Assembly: GCA_036558645.1 (NCBI GenBank) | Contig: DATBFG010000016.1 | Coordinates: 21,537-85,536 of the forward strand | Direction of reading: 5' to 3' | Source: Terriglobales bacterium | GTDB taxonomy: Bacteria; Acidobacteriota; Terriglobia; Terriglobales; Acidobacteriaceae | Length of the DNA stretch: 64,000 bases | Shown here: positions 38,825-47,983 of the stretch, piece after piece | How the letters are laid out: every line of letters begins with the position of its first letter | Position numbering within the stretch: the first letter of the stretch is position 1 | Made by a program: the position numbers and the translations under genes | The notes under the pieces: model-generated | Seen by the model: only the letters and a program-made list of their open reading frames with translations | Databases searched by the model: none | Told to the model about the DNA's origin: nothing

Positions 38825-40614
38825 TGCCAATGCTCCGGTCCGCGTATTTGGTCCTCACCGCTACCTTGCTCATTGCTGCGTCGGCATCAGCGCAAGTGAC
38901 GCCAAAACGGCCAACTGCAACAAAGACCGCTGCTGAAGTGGCGCGCTTCACCGATGTCACTCGCGCTGCGGGGATTGACTTCCATCTGACCTGTGGAACC
39001 GTCGACAAGCAATACATCATGGACTCCATGTGCGGAGGCATTGCCGTGTTTGACTTCGACAACGACGGTTGGATGGACATCTACCTCGTCGATGGATCTA
39101 CCATCGCCGACGTCAAGGCGGGCAAGTGTCATCCCGGCAAACTCTACCGCAATACTCACGACGGAAAATTCGCCGACGTCACGGCGAAGGCAGGTCTCAA
39201 ACATTGTGGCTGGGGATTTGGTGTTGCGGTTGGCGACTATGACAACGACGGATGGGAAGATCTCTACGTAACCTACCTTGATGGTGGCGCTCTCTACCAC
39301 AACAACCACGATGGAACTTTTACTGATGTCACCCGGAACTCAGGAGCAATCAATGCCGGACGTTGGGGAACAAGCGTTGCGTTCGGCGACAACGATAATG
39401 ATGGCAACCTAGACCTTTACATCGCGAATTACGTAGACATCGACCTTGATCACTTGCCTGAATTCGGGAAAGGCCCATTCTGTACCTATCGTGGTATTGC
39501 GGTTTCTTGCGGTCCCCGCGGACTCATCGGAGCACGCGATCGGCTCTATCACAACAATGGCAACAGCACATTCACGGATGTATCGGACCAATTAGGCATC
39601 GACCCTGGTGCCTTCTACGGCCTCGGAGTGCTATGGCTCGACTACGACGTGGATGGGTGCCTTGATTTATATGTCGCTGACGACTCTTCCCCGAGTCTGC
39701 TCTACCATAACGACTGCAAGGGTGGGTTCAAGGAAGTGGGCGCCGAAACCGGGGTCGCCTACAGCTCGGACGGCCGCGAGCAGGCTGGTATGGGGATCGA
39801 TTCCGCCGACTACGATCGTGATGGATGGCCAGACATTCTTAAGACCAATTTCTCCGACGATTCCAACAACCTTTATCGCAACGATCACAATGGCGAGTTC
39901 ACCGACATGGCGGGTCCGGCAAACATCGGGCCTGTAAGCATTCCTTTCCTCGGTTTTGGCGCTAAGTTTTTCGATTTCGACAACGATGGCTGGCCGGATA
40001 TTTGGATTTCGAATGGTCACGTCAATCCTCAAGTCGAAGGACACTCTTTTGGCGTTACCTATGCCGAAAGACCCTTCCTGTTCCACAACCTGGGCACCGG
40101 TAAGTTCGCAGAAATTGGCCAGTCATCCGGAACGGCTTTGAGCCGACGCGTCGTCGGACGTGGTGCTACAGTGGCAGATTTTTGGAACCGCGGGCGCCAG
40201 GATGTTCTGATGAGCGTGCTCGACGGCTCACCGGTGCTATTACGGAATGAAACCGCGACGACCGGGCATTGGCTGCGCATCAAGACAGTGGGAACGGCCT
40301 CAAATCGCGACGGATATGGAGCAAGAATTGAGATCAAGGTCGGAGGAGCTACCCAAACTGCTCTCGTCCGTAGTAATAGCAGCTTCGAATCTGCAAGCGA
40401 TCCCCGGACCTATTTCGGACTCGGCACCTCGACAAAAGTAGACTCCATTGTCGTTCGCTGGCCTTCGGGGAAGGTGGATAATGTAGATGTAGAACCGGCT
40501 GACCAAGAGCTGGTCATCGAGGAAGGGCGTGGAGTTGTGGCGCGCCACGCTGCCATTACACCCCCGCGCACGCCGAGCAAGAGGCCTGTCAACTCTTCTA
40601 AATCTAGTCCCTAA
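38821..40614 (+). CDS. CRTAC1-family protein (FG-GAP/VCBS repeats plus an ASPIC/UnbV C-terminal domain)
   Basis: Repeated FDFDNDGWMDIYLV, GDYDNDGWEDLYV and DYDRDGWPDIL motifs. C-terminal RDGYGARIEIKVGG...VDSIVVRWPSGK (UnbV_ASPIC-like). The GTG/ATG start at 38821/38824 overlaps the TPR gene's TGA. Confidence 0.85.
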   Translation: MMPMLRSAYLVLTATLLIAASASAQVTPKRPTATKTAAEVARFTDVTRAAGIDFHLTCGTVDKQYIMDSMCGGIAVFDFDNDGWMDIYLVDGSTIADVKAGKCHPGKLYRNTHDGKFADVTAKAGLKHCGWGFGVAVGDYDNDGWEDLYVTYLDGGALYHNNHDGTFTDVTRNSGAINAGRWGTSVAFGDNDNDGNLDLYIANYVDIDLDHLPEFGKGPFCTYRGIAVSCGPRGLIGARDRLYHNNGNSTFTDVSDQLGIDPGAFYGLGVLWLDYDVDGCLDLYVADDSSPSLLYHNDCKGGFKEVGAETGVAYSSDGREQAGMGIDSADYDRDGWPDILKTNFSDDSNNLYRNDHNGEFTDMAGPANIGPVSIPFLGFGAKFFDFDNDGWPDIWISNGHVNPQVEGHSFGVTYAERPFLFHNLGTGKFAEIGQSSGTALSRRVVGRGATVADFWNRGRQDVLMSVLDGSPVLLRNETATTGHWLRIKTVGTASNRDGYGARIEIKVGGATQTALVRSNSSFESASDPRTYFGLGTSTKVDSIVVRWPSGKVDNVDVEPADQELVIEEGRGVVARHAAITPPRTPSKRPVNSSKSSP

Positions 40615-40875
40615 ACGGGACAAATTCACAACGAGCTGTGCTCAGTCTCGTTGACAGGGGCCCAAATCTTCCAAATTCTGAAGTCACATCTGTCAAGTTC
40701 TACTGTTAGTCATAGCAGGTCATACACAATGCAGTGTAAACCCTTGATGTAGTTGCCCTAACACTTTGGAGCCCCACGTGCGCCTAACTCCTCGATACTT
40801 GCCGGACACGTTGCCGGGTTTCGTGTCCACCTAACGAAGCGTGTTCTGGTTCACTTGAGAAATCAGCAAGATAGC

Positions 40876-40904
40876 TTGACAGTGTGCGCTACGAAGAGCA
40901 CAAT
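40876..40904 (+). promoter_or_regulatory. Candidate sigma70-type promoter (TTGACA-17 nt-CACAAT)
   Basis: The hexamers and spacing were read from the sequence. The site lies about 120 nt upstream of the ATG at 41025. The -10 element is weak. Confidence 0.3.
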
Positions 40905-40934
40905 GCTCCGCATTTCACATGGAGACAACGATTT

Positions 40935-40961
40935 AGCTCACAACCGCTAGTGAGCTTTTTG
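40935..40961 (+). terminator. Terminator-like hairpin with a T-tract inside the 5' leader of the receptor gene
   Basis: A 7-bp stem (agctcac / gtgagct) with an 8-nt loop is followed by TTTTTGTG. It lies between the candidate promoter and the ATG. Confidence 0.35.
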
Positions 40962-41024
40962 TGCGTGTGGGGTTGTGGTGCGGTTCGTGGAAATGACATT
41001 TCACAGCAATGAGAGGGTAGCTCG

Positions 41025-44000
41025 ATGAAGAAGCTGCAGTTTTGCCTAGTGTTGTTATCCTTTCTGGTACTGGCCTTGGGCGCCGTCGCTCAGGTACAAA
41101 ACGGCCAGTTTACCGGTATCGTGACCGACCCGTCGGGCGCGGCCATCGCCAATGCCAAGGTGACGGTCACAAATGAAGGAACCAACCTTTCCGTAACGAC
41201 TACGACAAATCAGACGGGTAATTTTACGGCCAATCAACTCCCGGTCGGCAGCTACAAGATCACTGTCGAGGCCCCCGGATTCAAGACCGCCAGCAGCACT
41301 AAACTGGAATTAAACGCCGGCACCATTCAACATGCCGACTTCAAGCTGCAGGTTGGACAAACCCAAGAAGTCGTCGAGGTGAGTGGCGAAGTTCAACAGG
41401 TCAACACCGAGGATTCGAAACTTGCCACAACCGTAACCTCCACACAAGTGGAGAACCTTCCCCTCAACGGACGCAACATTTTCGACCTGATTCAGATGTC
41501 GCCGGGTGCGGTCAACGTGCGTGGTGTCGTATCTGAAAACGGCGCGAATACCGTGGTCAACGGTCTCCGTGAAAACTTCAATGGATTTCTGGTCAACGGC
41601 GCTTCGAACAAAGGCCTTAGCGGCGGAGCTGTAAACCAACCAGTAGAAGATACAGTTCAAGAATTCCAGCAGCTGACCTTGAACATGTCCGCCCAGTATG
41701 GCAATAGCGCTGGCTCGGTGACGAACCTTGTGACCAAGAGCGGCACCAATAGCTTCCATGGAAGCGGCTGGTGGTTCAACCGCAACGATGTTTTTGATGC
41801 CAATAGCTTCTATCTGAATCACGCCGATGTAGATCGACAGGCCCTGCGGTTCAACCAGTACGGCGGCACCTTCGGTGGTCCGATCATCAAGGACAAGCTG
41901 TTTTTCTTCTTGTCGTATCAGCAAGACAGCTTTCGCGAGTCCGCCCCGCCGACGACAGTGACAGCCGAATCTCCTGAATGGCGTCAGGCGGTTATCTCGG
42001 CTCTGCCCAACTCGACCGCGGCGTTGCTATACGGCAACTTCGTGCCTACTTCTCCGTCGACCGGCACAGCAGCGGTCCTGCCTTCTGATCTGACTGGATA
42101 CTTGTGCGCGGATGGGAACGGCGCACTGTTCGCCAGCCGGATGCAGTCAGTCCTTGGGGTTACCGCGCAGGACCAAGCGAATGCCGCGGCTGCGGGCTGC
42201 GCAACTCCGATGCCGCTTACGGCAGGCACTTTCAATCGTTCTTCTCCATTCGAGATCAACACGATCGCGATCAACGGTTCACAAAATCAGAACTACACAA
42301 ATTCGGGTAACCTCTTCAATGGATGGGAAGGTTCCGCCCGCGTCGATTACAACGCAACTTCCAAAGACCGCTTGATGGTGCAGTTGAACTGGAATCGTCT
42401 GAATGACAGTTTCGGTTTCCCGAACACCACCAGCAACAGCAACGGACGCGGTGCTGGATTCCGTAATCCTGCGATCCAGAAATCGCCGAACGGGCAAATC
42501 AGCTACATCCACACGTTCAGCCCAACGATTCTGAACGAGTTCCGCGCTGGATACTTGGGCAACCTCGGACCGGACGTGGGTGCGGCTCTTCCCGGTGTGC
42601 CGGACATCCGCTTTGACGACGGCTCGATGGGATTCGGTTCGTATGCTGGGTACCCGCAAACCTTCCACGAAAACATCTACACCTATTCAGACATGGTCTC
42701 GATCTCGCACGGAAAGCACAATCTGAAGATCGGTGCGGACTTCCGTCGCAATATCGAGAACAGCGAATTCAACGTCGCGCGCTCGTCGTACTACTTCTTT
42801 GATCCTGTGTACTTCGCTGCCGATGCTCCTTACACTCAAACGGCTGGCGTCGACCCCGGAATCATCGATGGGGTACCTGCGCACCTGGCTAGCAACTTCC
42901 GCCACTGGCGCAACCTGGAAATGGGTGCGTACTTCCAGGATGACTGGAAAGTTACCCGTAACCTCACCCTAAACTTGGGTATGCGTTATGACCTATACAA
43001 GAGGCACACGGAACTGGATAACAAGGTAACGACGTTCATCAAGGGCCCTGGAGACAACTTCATCGACAGTTTGGTTTCAGGTTCCGGCCAGATCAAGAAT
43101 GCGAACGTGCCGGCCGGAGCAGCGGGGTGCACGACTCCGACGCAGATCGCTCAGGCACAGCTTGCTGGCGTTTGCGGACCGGGCGGTTTCACCACTGCCG
43201 ATTCTCTGGGTGCTGGAGACCATAACAATTTCGGACCACGAGTTGGCTTCGCCTGGGATATGTTCGGTAATGCGAAGACGTCCCTGCGCGGCGGATTCGG
43301 AGTGTCGTACGAAGGTACTCTCTACAATCCTCTCTCCAACTCACGTTGGAACCTGCCGTACTACTCATTCAACTCAGCCAGCAATTTCCTTGTGGGCGAC
43401 GTGAACACTGTGGTTTACGGGCCTTACACCGGAAATTGCACGTTTGGTGGAACTTGCGTACCCGACCCTCTGGCGGCCCCCTCATTTACGGGGACCGCGA
43501 CGAACCCGAATCAAGGAACCGGGGCCCAAGCTACCGGCAATCTTTCCGGTTGGGACGCTAATAACCCGAACCTGGCAATCTTGACTGGCATCGTGTTTCC
43601 AGAAGGAATTCGCGATCCATATGTCTACAACTACTTCTTGGGAGTACAGCACGAAATTATGCCCAAGTTAGTGGTTGAGGCTAACTACGTTGGAACGACC
43701 GGTCACAAGCTGTTCCGCGCTGAGAACGTGAACCGAATGCCTGGCGAGCGCCTGCCCGAAGGGCTCTGTGCTACCGACAACTTCGGACGACGGTTGTGCA
43801 GTCAGGAGGATGCGACTTTGAATCCTGCAGCGCGCCTGAACCCGAACTTCGGAACGTTGCGCGTATGGCAAAACACCGTCAACTCAAACTACAATGCCTT
43901 GCAGCTCTCGCTGAAGAAGCAAGCTAGCCATGGCATCACCTTCAATGCTAACTACACTTGGAGTCACGCGATTGATGAAGGGTCGACTTGGCACAGTGGT

Positions 44001-44765
44001 GCGACCAGTTCGAACGGCGCCGGCGCCGGTGAAGGCTACACTACCGACGTAACGCTGCCTGGAATCGACCGCGGCAACTCCATCTTTGACATACGGCAGC
44101 GCTTGGTCCTGAACTACGTGTGGGTATTGCCGTGGTACCAGAACCAGCAAGGTGTGATCGGACACATCCTGGGTGGATGGCAGTACAACGGCATCTTCTC
44201 CTGGCAATCCGGCGCACACTGGGAGCCTTGGACCTTCACGAACGGCGGCGATCCGGTCGGCAGCATTGTGAATGGCTCGGGTGGCGCTTGCACCCAGGGC
44301 GACATCGATGCTCACAACTGTTTCAACACCGGTGGTGACTTCAACCTCGACGGCGTGCGCAATGACAGGCCGAATTCGAGCATTACCAACTTCGATCCGA
44401 GCCACGATCAGTGGGCGGATGGTTGGGGTCAAGGCTTCGTGTTCAACCCTAACAACGGACCGAGCAGCGCAAATGGGGTATTTAGCTCTCCATGCCTCGC
44501 TTGCGTTGGCAACCTGGGCCGCAATACGTTCGTCGGACCCGGCTACGTCTCTTGGGAAACGTCTCTGTTCAAGAACATCAAGGTTACAGAGCGCGTGAAC
44601 TTGCAGTTGCGTGCGGAAGCATTCAATGTGCTGAACCACACCAACTTCCAGCTTCCTGGAGCCGGCGGAGCCACCAACATGCGGACCAACTCTGGATCCT
44701 TCGGCCAAGCGGGTGGAACCTTCAACCCACGCAACATGCAGTTTGGCTTGAAGATATCCTTCTAG
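41025..44765 (+). CDS. TonB-dependent-receptor-like outer-membrane barrel with an N-terminal CarboxypepD_reg domain
   Basis: Signal peptide MKKLQFCLVLLSFLVLALGAVAQ, then GQFTGIVTDPSGAAIANAKVTV...GSYKITVEAPGFKT, a plug-like ENLPLNGRNIFDLIQMSPGA, and the C-terminus MQFGLKISF. Confidence 0.9.
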   Translation: MKKLQFCLVLLSFLVLALGAVAQVQNGQFTGIVTDPSGAAIANAKVTVTNEGTNLSVTTTTNQTGNFTANQLPVGSYKITVEAPGFKTASSTKLELNAGTIQHADFKLQVGQTQEVVEVSGEVQQVNTEDSKLATTVTSTQVENLPLNGRNIFDLIQMSPGAVNVRGVVSENGANTVVNGLRENFNGFLVNGASNKGLSGGAVNQPVEDTVQEFQQLTLNMSAQYGNSAGSVTNLVTKSGTNSFHGSGWWFNRNDVFDANSFYLNHADVDRQALRFNQYGGTFGGPIIKDKLFFFLSYQQDSFRESAPPTTVTAESPEWRQAVISALPNSTAALLYGNFVPTSPSTGTAAVLPSDLTGYLCADGNGALFASRMQSVLGVTAQDQANAAAAGCATPMPLTAGTFNRSSPFEINTIAINGSQNQNYTNSGNLFNGWEGSARVDYNATSKDRLMVQLNWNRLNDSFGFPNTTSNSNGRGAGFRNPAIQKSPNGQISYIHTFSPTILNEFRAGYLGNLGPDVGAALPGVPDIRFDDGSMGFGSYAGYPQTFHENIYTYSDMVSISHGKHNLKIGADFRRNIENSEFNVARSSYYFFDPVYFAADAPYTQTAGVDPGIIDGVPAHLASNFRHWRNLEMGAYFQDDWKVTRNLTLNLGMRYDLYKRHTELDNKVTTFIKGPGDNFIDSLVSGSGQIKNANVPAGAAGCTTPTQIAQAQLAGVCGPGGFTTADSLGAGDHNNFGPRVGFAWDMFGNAKTSLRGGFGVSYEGTLYNPLSNSRWNLPYYSFNSASNFLVGDVNTVVYGPYTGNCTFGGTCVPDPLAAPSFTGTATNPNQGTGAQATGNLSGWDANNPNLAILTGIVFPEGIRDPYVYNYFLGVQHEIMPKLVVEANYVGTTGHKLFRAENVNRMPGERLPEGLCATDNFGRRLCSQEDATLNPAARLNPNFGTLRVWQNTVNSNYNALQLSLKKQASHGITFNANYTWSHAIDEGSTWHSGATSSNGAGAGEGYTTDVTLPGIDRGNSIFDIRQRLVLNYVWVLPWYQNQQGVIGHILGGWQYNGIFSWQSGAHWEPWTFTNGGDPVGSIVNGSGGACTQGDIDAHNCFNTGGDFNLDGVRNDRPNSSITNFDPSHDQWADGWGQGFVFNPNNGPSSANGVFSSPCLACVGNLGRNTFVGPGYVSWETSLFKNIKVTERVNLQLRAEAFNVLNHTNFQLPGAGGATNMRTNSGSFGQAGGTFNPRNMQFGLKISF

Positions 44766-44781
44766 ACTAGCTTCTTTCTTG

Positions 44782-44824
44782 ACAGGGTCTGCTTATTTCA
44801 AGTAAGCAGACCCTGTTACTTTTG
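44782..44824 (+). terminator. Rho-independent terminator
   Basis: A 14-bp perfect stem (acagggtctgctta / taagcagaccctgt) with a 7-nt loop is followed by TACTTTT. It starts 17 nt after the stop at 44765. Confidence 0.85.
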
Positions 44825-44833
44825 GTGGCCACC

Positions 44834-45853
44834 ATGCTCGGGCCTCGTAAACTGCTGTATCGTCTCTTGCCCTTACCCCTGCTTCTAGCCTACTTTGCCA
44901 TCCCCACGCTCACGCATGCTCAAGAACAAGGCAGCATCGTGGGACAAATCCGCATATCACCCGGGTCTCTTCCTTCGCACCCAATTATGGTCACGGTGGA
45001 GACGCGCGGAGCAGTAGTAAATAGTGCTTATACCGATAATGAAGGGCGGTTTGGCGTCAATGGGCTTCCTGGGAACATCTACCACGTTGTAATCAATGAG
45101 GACGAATATCAACCAATACGAGAGACAGTGAACCTGAATCCGGGAGTGAATCCCCTCCAGATTCTGACCATCTTCCTGGTCCCTCGCCAGACAGATAAGA
45201 AGACATCAGAAGCATCCGCCAGCGGCGGCAACCCGAATCTGGTGGACCTCTCAGAGTACACAAAGAAAGCTCCACCAAAGGCGCGCAAGGAGTTCGATGC
45301 CGGCGTTAAAGCTGACCAACACAACAAGGTCGATGATGCAATCAAGCACTATCAGAATGCGATTGCCATCGCCCCTGACTTTTATCCTGCCCGCAACAAC
45401 CTTGGGAGTGCCCTTTTAGGTAAACAGGATTACCCTTCCGCCCAGCAGCAGTTTGAAGCAGCGGTCAAGATCAATCCCTCTGACGCTTCCGCCTATTTCA
45501 ATCTCGGCAATCTCTTTCTGCTTAGCAAGCAATATGACCAAGGCAAGTCATGGGTGGAGCGGGGTCTCAGCCGACAGCCCGATTCCGCCTTTGGACACTT
45601 CATTCAGGGTTCGCTGTTCACGGTTACCGGACAACTGAAAGAGGCTGAAGTGGCCCTCCGGCGGTGCCTGGAACTCGATCCCATCATGGCCAAGGCACAC
45701 CTTGCACTTGTCAATCTTTATCTGCGCGAGCAGCGCAAGCAGGAAGCCGTCGCCGAGTTGAAGACTTTTGTAAAAGGATTCCCGGAGGACCCCCAGGCGG
45801 ATCATGCCCGGGATTTGTTGCGAAAGCTGGGAGGTACGGACGAAGCCCGATGA
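44834..45853 (+). CDS. Secreted CarboxypepD_reg-like domain + TPR-repeat protein
   Basis: GSIVGQIRISPG...NEGRFGVNGLPGNIYHVVINEDEYQP, then TPR repeats. I prefer the ATG at 44834 because the upstream TTG/GTG candidates lie inside the terminator tail. Confidence 0.75.
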   Translation: MLGPRKLLYRLLPLPLLLAYFAIPTLTHAQEQGSIVGQIRISPGSLPSHPIMVTVETRGAVVNSAYTDNEGRFGVNGLPGNIYHVVINEDEYQPIRETVNLNPGVNPLQILTIFLVPRQTDKKTSEASASGGNPNLVDLSEYTKKAPPKARKEFDAGVKADQHNKVDDAIKHYQNAIAIAPDFYPARNNLGSALLGKQDYPSAQQQFEAAVKINPSDASAYFNLGNLFLLSKQYDQGKSWVERGLSRQPDSAFGHFIQGSLFTVTGQLKEAEVALRRCLELDPIMAKAHLALVNLYLREQRKQEAVAELKTFVKGFPEDPQADHARDLLRKLGGTDEAR

Positions 45854-45865
45854 ACGCCAGACGCA

Positions 45866-47968
45866 TCACGGCGTCTGCGGCCTAAGCTCGCACATCTTTT
45901 CGTCAAGCCGGCACGCCTCTGCATATTCCTTTTTAGCCTCCGCAGCCTTTCCCATCCTCTGGTAGGCGAAACCGAGATTAAGATGGACTTCGGCGCGATT
46001 CGGATCACCTGTTAGCGCCTGTTGATAAGCCTGCACTGCCTTTGCCAGTTGACCTGTCCGGCTGTAAGCGATTCCCAGAAAGTTAAACAACATCGGTTCG
46101 CGCAAACCAAGTTCCACTGCTTTATCCAGGTGACGAATCGCCTCGGCAAAGTTCTGATCCTGAAAATGCAGCATGCCTAGATCACGCCGAATCGGCGCAA
46201 AATTCGGTTGGATCGCGATTGCTTTTTCATAATCCGCAACCGCAGCCTTCCTGTCGCCCTTCTTAGCATCGATGTACCCTAACTCGTACCACGCCCGATA
46301 ATTCTGTGAATTCAGTTGCAGTGCCTTATTGGCCCACTGTTTTGCTTCGTCGAGCTTGTTGCTGAACATCAACGCACGCGCGAGCGCAGTCATGGCCTGA
46401 TCAAAGTTCGGGTTCAGCTCCAGACATTTACGAAGGTCCTGCGCCGCAGCATCCCAGTTCTGCTCAGTTAAGGCCGCCTCACCGCGCAAGAACGGAATGA
46501 TGTACATCTTGGGATCTCGTTCTTCGACCTTCGCCAGCAAGGCTCGACCCGTCGCGTTTTTGCCTGCATGAAACGCATCGGTGGCCTCAAGCACAGTATT
46601 GAATTCCCAGAGCTTGGATTTCGGATCAGGCAATCCCGCAGCAAGTGCGTCCGGCGAAACTGGAGAGCGATACGCCACATAACCTAGGGCGCCTAATTTT
46701 TCCAAGGCGTCTGGGTTAACGTTCCCTACCGCATTGCTGGAGGGCCTGAAGGGATTGGTTTTCATTAATTGCTGCATGCGATCTTTCAAGACCGCGGCAG
46801 CAGCCGGCTGTTGCGCGAGCAGGTTGTTCGTTTCTCCGGGATCGGCGCTCACGTCATAGAGCTCAGCCTCGGGAGCATCGATATAGTGATACCGGCTTGT
46901 CTGCAAACCATGCAGCGGACTCCATCCATAGGAGCTGAACGTGTAGAAAGTCTCGCTGTATGCCGCATCCGCTTTCTCCGCCTGTTCTCCCAATAGGCCC
47001 GGTGAATGAAATTGCTTGCTGATCTCATCCTGTAACCCAGCCAAGGACAGTAGCGTTGGGGCCACCGCGACCGTCTCCACGGGACGAGCAGTCCGCCCCG
47101 GCTTCAGACCAGCTTTCACCGGGGGCTTCACAATCAGCGGAATGTGGACTGTCGAGTTGTAGATGAAATATCCATGCTCTTTTTCGCCGTGGTCCCCAAG
47201 CGATTCGCCATGATCGCTAAGAAAGACAATCGCGCTGCTGTCGTACAACTTGTTGGTCTTGAGCCATCCGATCAGGCGCCCGATTTCGTGATCCGCATAA
47301 GCAATTTCGCCGTCATAGAGATGACCGGCATATTGCGTGTGATATGGCTCTGGAGGGTCGTACGCGCTGTGTGGGTCGTATAAGTGAAGCCAGAAGAAAA
47401 ACGGGCGCTTCGGATTCCGGGTTAGCCACTTCAACGCGTGGTCTACACTCTCTGTCGCCTTGCGATCGACCAACCCCAGGTCGCGGTTCTTGAATTGCTC
47501 GGGGGAAAACGCGTCGTCGTAGAAATCGAAGCCGCGGGCTAGGCCCCAACTCTTATCTAGCACAAAGGCACTCACCACTGCGCCGGTGCTGTATCCGTTA
47601 CGTTTGAATGCTTGCGCCACTGAGCGAAAGCGCGGATCTAAGGGTTGTCCCGTAAAATCCTGCACGCCATTTTGAAAAGGATAGGTTCCCGTAAGAATGA
47701 CCGCGTGTGAAGGCCAAGTGAGCGGGACCTGCGAAATGGCTCGATCAAACACGATGCCATCATGCGCTAGGGCGTCCAGAGTTGTCGTCTGGATGTCCTT
47801 GTATCCGTTATACCCCATGTGATCGGCGCGAACCGTGTCGAGCGTGATGAGAATCACATTCGTCGGAAGCACTCGCTTGGCCGGCACTTTCTTGACCGGC
47901 GAAGTCTGTGCCCCGGCCGCCAGGACAGCTGCCAGCCACAGTGCCAGATTAATGATGGATTGTTTCAT
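45866..47968 (-). CDS. Sulfatase-fold (alkaline-phosphatase superfamily) hydrolase/transferase + C-terminal TPR domain; Thr replaces the FGly Cys
   Basis: NVILITLDTVRADH and SQVPLTWPSHAVILTG, where sulfatases have C-x-P-S-R; also SDHGESLGDHGE. TPR repeats at the C-terminus. Signal peptide present. Confidence 0.85.
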   Translation of the reverse strand: MKQSIINLALWLAAVLAAGAQTSPVKKVPAKRVLPTNVILITLDTVRADHMGYNGYKDIQTTTLDALAHDGIVFDRAISQVPLTWPSHAVILTGTYPFQNGVQDFTGQPLDPRFRSVAQAFKRNGYSTGAVVSAFVLDKSWGLARGFDFYDDAFSPEQFKNRDLGLVDRKATESVDHALKWLTRNPKRPFFFWLHLYDPHSAYDPPEPYHTQYAGHLYDGEIAYADHEIGRLIGWLKTNKLYDSSAIVFLSDHGESLGDHGEKEHGYFIYNSTVHIPLIVKPPVKAGLKPGRTARPVETVAVAPTLLSLAGLQDEISKQFHSPGLLGEQAEKADAAYSETFYTFSSYGWSPLHGLQTSRYHYIDAPEAELYDVSADPGETNNLLAQQPAAAAVLKDRMQQLMKTNPFRPSSNAVGNVNPDALEKLGALGYVAYRSPVSPDALAAGLPDPKSKLWEFNTVLEATDAFHAGKNATGRALLAKVEERDPKMYIIPFLRGEAALTEQNWDAAAQDLRKCLELNPNFDQAMTALARALMFSNKLDEAKQWANKALQLNSQNYRAWYELGYIDAKKGDRKAAVADYEKAIAIQPNFAPIRRDLGMLHFQDQNFAEAIRHLDKAVELGLREPMLFNFLGIAYSRTGQLAKAVQAYQQALTGDPNRAEVHLNLGFAYQRMGKAAEAKKEYAEACRLDEKMCELRPQTP

Positions 47969-47983
47969 CCTGATCAGTGGGAT

